A DNA stretch of 64,000 bases from positions 124,001 to 188,000 of the forward strand of contig JAQGDQ010000282.1 in the NCBI GenBank assembly GCA_030141605.1, in the 5' to 3' direction. Under the pieces are notes generated by a model, which did no database searches, was not told the origin of the DNA, and saw only the letters and a program-made list of their open reading frames with translations. A program made the position numbers and the translations under genes. Shown here piece by piece: positions 52,671-64,000 of this stretch (its first letter is position 1; each line of letters opens with the position of its first letter). Source of the DNA: Tubiluchus corallicola (Eukaryota > Animalia > Priapulida).

Positions 52671-55600
52671 AAATTAACTGGGAGAAAGTGTGAATTATGC
52701 AGGTTAGGTAAACTTCACTCGAGCGCCCTCCTGCTCCCGGCATGCAAAGGACATTCCAACATAATATATTATACTATGTTATATTATAATATACTATATT
52801 ACATTAGTATAATAACATTTTCATAATGATAGCCACACATACAATTGGGATTGACAATATTATCAATTGCATCCTTGCAACCATGTTTGTTGAGATCATA
52901 GTTCAATTGGGAAAATCTCACCCTCACCCTGTGTATGATGAATGCTATATGGTCTAGTACCATGGAAATAATAAGTTGGTCTCTTGAAAAAACTGAGATG
53001 ATTTTTTAATTGTTTGGAGAAAGCACTGGTGGCAAGAATTAGCTTTAGATAAGAGGGTAAATTATTCCTGTCAAACACGGTTGCAGGGAAGAAAGATGAC
53101 CGAAAGTAATTACAACAAACCTGATATAAAGATAAATTGTCACGGTTTCTCAGTAAATATGCAGATACATCTCTCTCTTGGTTGGTGATAATAACCCAAA
53201 CAAAAATGAAGGAGAAATGTTATTTGTAATTTTATGAAAGGTGTTTAATCGATGAAACCCATGCCTTTTACACAAGTGGTCGAGGTCAGCTTCGAACAAT
53301 AGGTTATCAGAGCTTGTGCCTTTCATAGCCGTAGGGCAGATGTATGCGGCACATTTTTGAACTTTTTCCAAGTTTTCAAATAAAGTTTAAGGGCCAGACT
53401 GTATCTGCATATTCAATAATGGGATTCACCATGGATTTATATAGATTTTTTAAAGTTTTACGAGGTATTGCAAATGACCTAACCAGCTTAACATTTAATT
53501 TATGAAAATTTAAAAGCTTTTGAAAAATGTGTATAGTTAGTGGACTGTCTGTTCCTAATGTTACTGAATATATGGTAAATCGAAAGTTTTGGCAATGAAT
53601 AATCCAACCAACAGTTATATCTCATAGTCCGTAACACGTTTTAGACTTTTTGCGATAAGCATACATGACTTATAAGATTGGCTAAAATAATTTTTTCAAT
53701 TTTTTCCATAGCAAAATCAACCAGTTATTCACCACCCAGGCATGTAAGGGTGTCAGCAAAAACTCAGGGGAGCCAGAAGTCTTGCTCTCCGGGAAGGAAT
53801 AGATATAGCCCAGGTAATTGAATTGTTCTAAGTTTTAACATACTAACTGGTGGGAACTCTAAGAATTATTCTTAAATTAGTGGAAGAAAATTAGAACCAA
53901 AAATTTTCTAGAAAAACACTTGCAAGAAGCGTGCAATGCTTGGCTGGGACTAAGTGGTCTGTGTACTCGATATGCACATTCAAAGCTGAACTATCAGCCT
54001 TGGAAACCATCTTTCTTGTCAAGGGTGAGGTACCCAAGTGTTCACAGATCCTGGTGTGCAAATGATATTTCGTCTTGCCTAATAAAAGCAGCTACTACAC
54101 TGGAACTTATGTATGACACCAAATCTGAAGCTGTTTGTGGTGTATAAATTGCAGTGTAGTAACTGCCAGGTTACTTATTAGGGTATGACGAAATGTCATT
54201 TACACACCAGGATTTGTGAACATTTGGGCATTTTGCCCTTGACAAGAAACGATTTCACCACTGTCCTTGCAAGTGCTTTTAGTAATTATTCTCTTTCATT
54301 AACAAATTTTCTATTCTAATTTTTTAGAAAATTTTCAAGAATTATTTTAATATTGCATAACATGCATGCACACACCCTCTCACACATGCACGTATGCATG
54401 CACGTGCGCACACACACACACACACGCACACCAATACACACACACACCCTCACACACAGAAATTTAGTAACTGAAATCTAGTATCTATATATATATATAT
54501 ATATATTTGCTTTCTCAAATAGGTAAAGCATAAGTAAATAAATAGACGTGCATTATGGTGTGTATTATTCTGCAGTGCCTATGAATGTTCTTCCACTCAT
54601 ACTATCTTAACAGACTCTGTACTAACTTAGCATAATAGCTATGTAAGTAGTGCACTACCTACCTAGAAGTAGTTTTATGTAGCGTAAAATACTGATGATG
54701 ATGTTGTACTGATAGAAAAATTCTTTTTTTTTGTAGGAAGTTCCTCATCACCTAAGCATTTAACGGTGCCAATTGCGGGTCCGCGAATGCGCCGTCAAAG
54801 ATCTTGCTCTCCAGGTGCTGAATCCACTTTCAGTTGTTTACAAAACTTTAGCTCAGTAGTACAAACATAATAAAAACGTCTATAGAAGAACTATCAATCA
54901 GATTTATTAAGAAACATTGCTGAGTTTGATGAAACATCGAAAACATTTTAATATAACCAAATTTGTTGGCAAAGTCTTGGTGGCAGGAGATTAATTAAGA
55001 TTATTAATTTATATGATTTATAACTCTGATCACAATCTACGGTATCATAAAGTTCAGTTTGTAAAACTTATACCTACAAATTACTTCTAAACAAAAATAA
55101 AATAAAATTTGTTAATGGTCTACTCTTTAGTGATTGCCTGATGGTAATAGTTTTAAGTAGAAGTCTGGCAAACCATAATAAAGTTACTGATAAGTTTTGA
55201 TGGCTGATGTAACTTAGCTTAGCCTAATATTTTATTTTCAAATAAAAGCCATCAAATAAAAAGCCAATTATTTGTCGTTGGAACCGACAACATAATCTTG
55301 ATAACGAAAAGACCAAAAACAATTTTCTTTATTTTTTATGGACAGAAAGAAGATGTGAGTTTTTAAGAGAGCACATTAGGCAACTTACTCCTAAGATTAC
55401 AGGGAAAAGAAGGACTAGCACTTCTCCAATGGTTATGACAACTGAAGAAATTGCTCGCTACTATGCTGTACAATCACGCCGGGTTTGTAACTTTTCTTGT
55501 GCATCTAATAATAAGGAGTGATAAATAGTTATCATAAGAAGTGATTATAGAAGTAATAAATGGGGTAATGTAATAAAAGGAAATATAAAAAAGTGAGGTG

Positions 55601-58600
55601 TAGCATTTTTTTATAGGAAGACTATATCCTATGTTAAACTCTAGTTCAAAATGATCTAGTGTTTAAAATATTGAAAGAGAAAATTTTATTTTTTAAAAAT
55701 GACTTATTAAAAGAATTATTACCACGAAAGTTTAGTTTCACGTTGCTCCGTTAAGTTTTTCGCCGTTACATGCACTTCGCCATTCGTTAGTTTGTTGGAA
55801 ATAGCACCTGTATTAACAAAATGCGTTGCAAAATGAACAGGCGCTGTACCTGTCAGTTTAGTTCTGACATAAAATACACTTGTGGTGAATTCATGTGTTG
55901 CTTGCAACAGTAAACTTGAATTTAAATTTTTTAACTTAAAATTTTTCCATTTGGTGTAAATCCCAGTTTGCTATGCAGTAGCACTGCACTTCAATATTCC
56001 TCTTTGCAAATATCTGCAACTCGTTTGGCAATGTTTGTACTGTTGAAAATTATGTGCAGTTCTGACATCGTCACTAGCTGTGGTCATTGATTAAATTTCT
56101 AAGCTAATATTTAATTATCAGAAATACTTTGACATTTTTATATGTGTCAAAATGCATAATTTTTTTCATACTTCAAAATATGGTAGGATATGAAAATTCG
56201 CCCTATTATGAAACATTTTCCTGTAACTTTTTTTAGCTTTTAAGCTGTACATGTTTTTATTATTACAGTATTATGACAGGTTGATACTAAAAGTTACCAA
56301 TGTAATTTTCACTTATATGAAATACTGATGTTTAAGAAGAAGATGATGCAAAGCCAGTACTCGATACATGTCGATTAAGTAAACAAACATTTTGAAAATC
56401 TTTTGAAATAGTATTGAAAGTGATATTTTGTAATATAGTTAATGTACAGTTTTTTGTTAAGTTTTTAGGCTATTGAAAATTAGGCTATTTTTCATTGTAC
56501 ATTTGGTTTTCAATTTATTTATTCCCTTATTCTTATTGCTTTCTATTTAGTGAGTTTTAGTTTTCTATGTATATATATTTTCTAATTTTTTTGTGTCATT
56601 AGATATCAGAACCTACTTTATGGCAGTTTTTGTGTTTGTGCTAAACATGGAATTTGGAATTTGAACTTTGCTCAATTTTGCAAATGATAAAATCCTGCCT
56701 ACTTAGACTTCTGTTTTGAATAAAGTTTGGAAAAAAATTGCCTTTTACCATTATTGCAAGCCAACTCAAGGTCTATTTATTTGCTGCGTTACAGGTTCAG
56801 TTTCTGTTTCAGGTACCACACGTTTTGAAATACTTCCTTGCTCCACATAGGATAAGTGGCCTTTCCAGTAGAGAGTGTATTGAGCACATGAACACTTTAT
56901 TGAAGCAAACCAAAGGTCACACATGCCCATATGCAATGTCGGTGAAACATGCATACCCTTACCTCCGTTATGGTAAGCATTACTCGTGGTTCTGAAGTGA
57001 GCTTATTTTTCATTAATAGGAAGTAGATGAACATGGTTTTTGTGATTTTATATTGGTGGGCCTTAGGTGAGTTAATTAAGGGTAGACAAATGTTCAGACT
57101 GTAATATTTTATAAAGTGCTTTTAAATCGTATGTGCCCTACAGGATTGGGTAATGGGTAATTTATACAGTTTGTGCTTATAGTAGTGTATTTATGCCATT
57201 CATTAATGACTTTGCAAATGATTTTAACACTGATGTCATGGGGCATATTTTTTCACTATATAAGATGGATTTTACTGTAGCAGTTCTTATTCTTGGTTGT
57301 ATGATAATCAGAATTGTTGTGTTTTTCTGGTTAATTAGTGTAATTATTTATCGTGGGTTCACCAAAATTACAAGATCGCGGAGTTATAAATACGAACGAA
57401 ATCTTCCTTCATGTCAGATGGCGAATTATGGCGCTAGCTAATGTGCACTGAACTAGTTCCATTTATGTAACAAGAATCAATTCTTTCTCAATTGAATTTG
57501 TGTATTCCACCAACTTTTTAAAATTACGTATACATGTACTTGCAAAACCATCTAACTGGTGTACAGCATTCTATTCTAATTTGCATGATGTATCTCTTAA
57601 CATGTTTTTTTACTTAATTAACTGTATTTTTTGCATCTGTAGGTTTACAGTCTGACAGAGTATGGCGCAGTGAAGCTGAATTCCATCAACCGTGTAAGAT
57701 CAGATTACTGTTTTTTGCATGTTTGTTCTTGTACCACAGTTTGGCCAAATGCAGTACAATACTTCACGTTGGCTAAATCTTTCCTATTCTCAACAGTCAA
57801 GCATTAGGAATACTCCTATTGGTTTATCCATAAAACCAGATATCTTTTAAATTAAATATAGTGTTTATGACCCAAAGATTTAGACATTTGGTGCGTAAGC
57901 AGTTTTTGGGGCCAACCTATACCATTTTTGTAGTTCAGTAAGTATTTCACGTATCAAGGCAGGCTATTCTCGTATCAAATTAACAAACTAATCTTATTGT
58001 GTTAATTCAAAAAAGTAGCACCTTCCCTTAAAACTAAGTACCAGTTTGTTTGCTGAGTGTTAATAGCTATTCCCTATGAAAATATTCTAGAATTTTTATT
58101 AATGCTTTATTAGAAATTGATTGTCTTTGCTAATCTGCACACTGCTGTGGATTATACTTCGGGAATGGCCGAGTTGACACGGAGGGTGCTTGGTGACCAA
58201 AGTTAAGTAGTGTCGAGTCTGGTTAGTAAATGAATAGGTGACTTCTCTATTATACCATTCCTAGCTATTTACCTTGTTAAAGGAGAATTTATTATTGTCA
58301 AAATGTGGCCTAAGGCACTTTATTCTAGTCCAATTAATTATTATAATAATTATTAATTAGTTTGATTCACAACATATAAATTAAATATGATTTTGCTTTT
58401 TGAGGACTGACCTGAATTTAAAAAGTGCATTGTGTGAAAGTTTGTTTTTAATTCACATGTTTTTTAGGTGTGTGGCACATCACTCTGAAATTGAGGCAAA
58501 CGATTTATAATGCTGAAGTTTTGGACACTATCAACTGTTTTAACATTAACAATGTCATTCATTGTTTAGGTAAACAAAATGAACGCACTTGGTTACCAAC

Positions 58601-61600
58601 TCCCAAAACCCCCTTCTGGGAGGTTTCTCTTCCGAGATTTAAACTGCCAAAGGATGCTCTGACAATGGATCATTTATGGTGTGCCCGCTCTGAGGTACAG
58701 TGATAAGTGTGGTCATTCTGAAATGCACAATATTAAATTGATTAATTTGTCTAGTCAGAGATAATTTATCGTTGACCTCTATTAGTTGATTGAAATGCTT
58801 TTGGCATATATTATTTTAGTGTCAGATTTTTTTAATCCAGTGTACATTTGACTCGGTAGACCACCAGAAAGCATTTTTGCTAAGTCTTTTGGGTGAAGAC
58901 AAACCAAAGTGTTAAGACACTGAAGACTCTGGAATGATACAAACATGTATGGGGTGTTGCAAGGCACTTCATTATCAGTTGGGTTTGATTTGAACGTGTT
59001 TCAAGAACAAACAAATTAAGGATAATCAAAGCTAAAGAACTACTTGCCGGACAGCATTCATAACTTGGACAATAGTTACTAAGTACAGTAGACGCTGCTT
59101 AATAGACTCACTTTGGGACGTACTGTTTTGACCCAATTAACTGACTGAACCTATTAACCTTAACCCATGGGTGTAGTATTACAGGTATAGAAGTATGAGT
59201 CATCAGCTTACTATGCACTGCAAAGGTTTTTAATGAAGTAATGCCTAAATTTATTTGTGCAGTTAAAAATTAGAAAATTATATATTAAAATATTACTTTA
59301 TATAAGTGAATTAGCAATAAATTAAAAGGTATACTTTTCTAAATCACAAACTTTTCTAAGTCTGTTTTTTTGCAAAAATTACAAAAATTCCTTCAAAGTC
59401 GGCTGCTTCATTTTCTTACGAAGAAGTTGGCCCACAATGTTCTTGTAATTATAAAAACATTGAAAATCTGTTGTTGTGCGTGACTAAAACAGTTCTGGAT
59501 CTTCTGCTCCCTTACATTGCCCTTATTTGCTGTACGATGCTTACTCTTGTAAGTCACAAGGAATACCAGCTGATTATACTGTACCTGCATCTTTGACTGT
59601 TAATTCATTGAGCCCGAAAGCGCGATTTGCAATGAGAGCATCAAAGCAAAACTGCTAGGCAAGTGATTAAATGTTTAGCTTCCGGAAATTCTTTGCGTAA
59701 CAGTGAGCAAGCGGGTAACAAATTCAAAGCAAAACCGCTATGCTATCTTATTTAGCATGATAAACGTATCTGCTTACAAGCAAAATGGTACTTAACATGA
59801 TTGTTTCTGCATACATAGTGCACAAAAGGGAAGTAAAGATGACATAAAAGTAGGAAAGGCTCTTTGGGCGCATACAAATATCTTATTTTAAGTATTTGAA
59901 AGAAAAATATTGAGTCAATTATGCAGAGTTATTTGAGTCAATTACCGATAGTTTTTATGTATATTTGAATAGAAGCAGCCGTATCCAGGCATTTTTGAGT
60001 CAGTCAAACGATTGAGTCTATTGACCGTGAGTCTATTAAGCGGCACCTACTGTAATTAATTAAGTTATTACTTAAGTAATTAAGATAAAAAATAATTTGA
60101 GGAGAGTATCAGTTTCAGCATCACATGTATTCGTAATTCCCAAGCTTTTGGTAACTGTCCAGTTCAAACTCTGTGCAACAATTTTATGTGATTTTGACAA
60201 TACCCTCACATGGGCACAGACTTTACTGTGCTTTTCTCTTTACTTGATTAAGGCAAGTGAGGTAACCGATGGATATTATGAGGATTTGAGTCAGGTAAAA
60301 GCGCAATATGCAAGGCGTCACTATAAAAGACTGATGGTTCATAGAATTTCCCCCAAATCTGTGCAGGTATGTTTTTCTATGTCCATTCTGACTCATTGTT
60401 CAATTGTATGATTTCTGTAAAATGTGTGCAGGTATGTTTTTTCATATTGATCCTGTTAATATTGTTTTTACTAGTTACTTAGTTACTTTTGTTTATTTTG
60501 TGCAATTATATACCTTATTTTGATTGCTTTAAGAAATTAAATGCTTTTTGTGTTTATTGGAAAGAAGTTAGTTCCTTACAGCTCTATAAAAGACTGGATC
60601 ACTGTTGGGAAAGTTGCTTAATTAACTGGGGTGATTTCGGTAGATCACATTAGAGAGTCAAGCTCAGCCAACCTATTAAATGATTGCTTTAGAATACTTC
60701 TTTCAAAATTCGTAAAATATATGAAAATGTTTTATACAAAAGAGGTTTCCAGCACATGAATAAATGGAATTAAAATCTTGATTCTGAACTATCAATTTTA
60801 GCATCTTATGTGCGCCTTGGTGGTATAGTCTTCGTTTTCACTCTAGTCGCTTTTGAAAGCTGGCTTATGATTTTCACTCTCAAGTGTAAAACTGTACATC
60901 TATATATTCGCTGGTATGTTATATATATATATAACATTCGAGGCTACAGCTCCGACGACGGCACCATTTGCGGCGATCTGTACATCAACCGACAGGTCTC
61001 GATCTAGTGTCGTGCCATTGGGGGTTTATTTTTCGAATCAGGCCCACTGGGAGGAACGGGGGGGGGGCGAAAAACCTCCAAAAATGGTCATTTTTCGGAA
61101 GTTTTTTTGCAAAAATTATACCTCTTATTTCTGAAGAACTGGAATGGGCCGGGGGCGGTGCTGGCCATGGATAGATAGCCCATTCAGCGGTGGGTGTAGT
61201 AGGTGTTTTTAGAATTTGCGAGAGGGCCACGGCTTCCCGCAATGGGCGTTTTCCTGGGCGCTTTTCCGTTTTCGAAATTTTGACCAAACAGTCTGCAGAA
61301 AAAACGTCTAGCGGCGCCTGGTGGGACTCTCGGAAGAAGATATATAGCTCTTTAGAAAGACCAAAAACAGGGCTACACAATGATGTGGGCTGTACTGTTG
61401 GACACATCTACCAAGAGGAGTGCTGACGAGTTAATTAGATGTTCTATTTTTGGCAATTTTCGCTTGGAAAACTGCTGACGCAAAGCCATTGTTCTGATGT
61501 CATCCATTATACTCTGCTTATAACCTTATAACTTTAATTCAGTAAAGGCTGCTGGCTTTGCGTTAGGAAAATAAACGAACACTAGGTAGGATGTTCGCAC

Positions 61601-61944
61601 ATTAAAATTTTTTGTGGGGCCTTTGCTAGTTTATAGTAAAAGGCAAAGCAAAGACAGCATGGGCATCAGCTTAGCTTTAGAACTGCTTCTCACTAGTTTA
61701 AAGAAAAAAGCCAAGTCTTTCTTTCTTCTATGGCTTGCATAATGAGACATTAGATTCTGATGTGAACACTATTTTTCAGGATCATTTCAAGCGCATGATT
61801 GATGTTTATACCCCTCACTGTGAAATCCATGCCTTTACACGTGTCCTGTGGACGCCGAGCCCTAAAGACCTGCATCCTTCCAAGGGTATTGATATGCGGG
61901 ACAATGTTATTCCCAGTCCGAAACGACTAGCAGGGGTCTTTTAA
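52266..61944 (+). CDS. Uncharacterised spliced protein-coding gene, about 260-280 aa, basic and S/T-P-rich
   Basis: Phase-consistent GT-AG exons: 52266-52281 (tentative; alternative start ATG at 54787), 54737-54814, 55346-55482, 56813-56972, 57643-57693, 58570-58694 (or from 58468), 60253-60366, 61780-61944 (TAA). Total 846 nt with no internal stop. No recognisable domain. Confidence 0.75.
52890..53500 (-). mobile_element. Decayed CR1-group LINE 3' fragment
   Basis: Minus-strand peptides LEKVQKCAAYIC..AMKGTS..LL.E...L.KR..HRL..FHKI and FRSSFFPATV.D.NNLP are typical of CR1-group ORF2 C-termini. Confidence 0.8.
53861..54347. mobile_element. Foldback/palindromic MITE-like element
   Basis: Arms pair at 54041-54074 with 54187-54220 (31/34), 54012-54025 with 54236-54249, cacttgcaag with cttgcaagtg, and at the outer aattattctt ends. 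Confidence 0.75.
54360..54505. repeat. Imperfect (CA)n and (TA)n microsatellites
   Basis: Directly visible. Confidence 0.85.
58161..58245 (+). mobile_element. Degenerate SINE head: tRNA-like A box joined to a 5S rRNA-derived segment
   Basis: gggaatggccgagttg (A-box-like), then aagttaagtagtgtcgagtctggttagtaaatgaataggtgac, which aligns to the 5S internal control region AAGCTAAGCAGGGTCGGGCCTGGTTAGTACTTGGATGGGAGAC. Confidence 0.6.
59086..60052. mobile_element. pogo/Tigger-like non-autonomous DNA transposon, 967 bp
   Basis: 26-bp TIRs cagtagacgctgcttaatagactcac / gtgagtctattaagcggcacctactg (3 mismatches) with a TA TSD. Confidence 0.9.
60900..61430. mobile_element. GC-rich intronic insertion, possibly Helitron-type non-autonomous
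   Basis: Abrupt CpG-rich block after a|tctatatat and a (TA)n run, in an AT-rich intron; ends not resolved. Confidence 0.4.
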
Positions 61945-62369
61945 TACGTTAGCCATAATGCTGAGCATTTTCCAATTTTTCATTTTATGTTTATATGACT
62001 TTTTAATCTTATTTATTTTTTTCTGAGTACTTGCATTTGCAGTTTATATCACATTTCAAGTCAATTTTCGCTATGGAAATCTCAACAAATCCTGTACGTT
62101 ATATATTTTTGTTAAAAAATTATGTTACTATTTGCTATGGTTGTTGTGTCAAATGTCTTTTTATACCGACAGTTTCAAAATTTAGAATTCACATTAATTC
62201 ATAATTCGTACTACTTTAATTCACACTTCGTACTTCATAACTCATTAAATATATAACAGCGAATACTGGAAGAGAAAAATGACATAGGTACACACAGAAC
62301 TGTACTGATTGTATTTTCCTCTCGTGATAGACGATTCAGGCGATTCACAGCATCTATTCTAATATTTTT

Positions 62370-62990
62370 ATCAGGCTCTTGATAGAAATATTTCCACATC
62401 ATAAAGGAACAAGCCAAAAAGAAAACTGTATCCCGTCACGCTGTTGTTCTTACACATTTACATTGAGCCTCATAGTTTCTCTAAATGTTATCACTTGTCT
62501 GATCCAAGCATTGACTATTACTAGTGTGCCCGTGTTTACTGAACATAGATCTTATTCATTCACTGCATGATTTCCAAACACTTTTTTTAGCTACTTCACA
62601 TTTCAACAAATGTTCAGTCGTATCACATTCCTTCAAGCACAGTGAACACATTAAATCATCCTCACACTTATTTTTATAATTACACTTTAATTTGATCATT
62701 TTTAATATCCATTCAGTAATTTCATATACAGTTTTTTCATCACACTCCATCACATAATTTATTGCCTGTTCCCAATTTTCCACACTATTTTTCATAAATC
62801 TCAGTTTTGTCATATCATCACACTTTTTCACAGCTTCTACTTCTAGATACCTTTTAACTGCTTTTTCAGTTTCTTTTTTCCATTGTGACTTCAATAAGCT
62901 TTGCATTCTTTCAGCATTTATATCTGAACCATACATACTTGCAATTTCTCTAATTTCTGTCGCCCAGCTTCTGGGAATGTTGCTCGCATT
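62370..62990 (-). mobile_element. 5'-truncated non-LTR retrotransposon 3' end with a zinc-knuckle region
   Basis: ORF 62936-62556 contains MTKLRF..LKMIKLKCNYKNK...CSLCLKECDTTEHLLKC (Cx2C..Hx3C). A frameshifted continuation DLCSVN..WIRQVITFRE follows. Confidence 0.8.
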
Positions 62991-64000
62991 TTTAGCATCT
63001 CAGATATCAGCACGTACTCTCTTTTACTCTCAGATATCAGCACACTTCGGTACCACATTAATAGATGGCAGCACGAGTTTAGTAATTTACTTGCATCGTA
63101 GCTTAAAGTGCTCGAGCACGACGAGTGTGAGTGAAAGCATGATTGGCACGCTGTTTATGTGTAATCAACTTCATTGACGAGCAACAAGTTGTCTTCGCAC
63201 GTTTGAAGTTATGTTACCGCAAGGAGTAAAGTTTAACTGTACTAGCAGTACTTACTTCTAAGTTGCGTGTGTTTTACTATAATATTGACAGCTAGAACTT
63301 AAAATCACTTTAGCGTTACGTACAAATTAATTACGCGCAAAAATAATTTGCAAATCGGTGTGGATATGTGTTATCGTGTGTTTATTGCACCGTCTAGCTG
63401 ACTTATTATCAACTACTGTTGTGGCTATTTAATTTTAAAACTAGACAAAACATTGACACTTGATAGTGTTCTTAACTTATTTGTGCCGTGTTTCATTTTA
63501 TACCAGTAATCCACAGCCATACGGGATAGATAGCTGACACCTTGGACTGTTAAGTATGCTAGCTGGAGCTTGTCGACTACATCGTCTCAAAAGTAAGCAT
63601 AATGTGCGTCACACTTTTATGTGTGTGAGGCACACACAGTGATCTTTATTTTTTGCGAATTGTTTTCTTTTCGGTAAGTACTTTTATGGCGTTTTCAGCT
63701 CTTGTCTAAATTTTTGCCGTTTCAGTTAAAACTTCGTTAAAGATTTTGCTTTCTTGTTATATTACACTATAAAAATGTAGTAATAATAATTATAATAATA
63801 ATGTATAGTTCATAAAATAATGCAATTTACTTCCTTTTCCAGCATCATATGAATGCATACACCACATACAACTGAAAACATATCTCTAGGGTAATTTTTA
63901 AAACACTGACATTACAGCCATAATTGCAATATCGCTGTTTGTTTTCAGGTTTCTGTAATCTGTATTAAACATTTTGGGCTCTTTGAGAACGCAAATATGT

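Noticed and set aside
58195-58245. Functional 5S rRNA gene
   Set aside because: Only about 45 nt are similar, the C box is mutated, and both 5S ends and the terminator are missing.
60985-61407. 140-aa minus-strand ORF
   Set aside because: Open simply because of local GC richness in an inserted element; no homology cues or splice context.
63600-64000. Possible first exon and intron of a further gene (CG|GTAAGT near 63674, TTTCAG near 63948)
   Set aside because: No coding sequence is visible before the window ends, so it cannot be supported.

Overview
AT-rich animal genomic DNA, probably a non-arthropod invertebrate (spliceosomal introns, TTAGGG-like repeats, L2/RTE/pogo/hAT/piggyBac relics). 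Four spliced genes can be reconstructed by hand with consistent exon phases: (1) an SLC22/Orct-type transporter, minus strand, 15405-890, 11 exons, 599 aa; (2) NOL10, plus strand, 18111-38963, 19 exons, 680 aa, with one probable GC-AG intron; (3) AGPAT5, minus strand, 49985-42784, 8 coding exons, 369 aa; (4) an unrecognised basic, S/T-P-rich protein of about 260-280 aa, plus strand, about 52266-61944, which appears to share a compact ZNF143/Staf-type bidirectional promoter with AGPAT5. The order is divergent, convergent, divergent. Introns are packed with MITEs, decayed LINEs, a bipartite RTE element with a perfect target-site duplication, mini- and microsatellites and an 802-bp tandem duplication. 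I found no prokaryotic system, CRISPR array or intact RNA gene. The best novelty candidates are the orphan gene and its promoter, the SLC22 carrier with a neutral residue at the charge-selectivity site, and several non-autonomous elements. All models are manual and lack transcript support.
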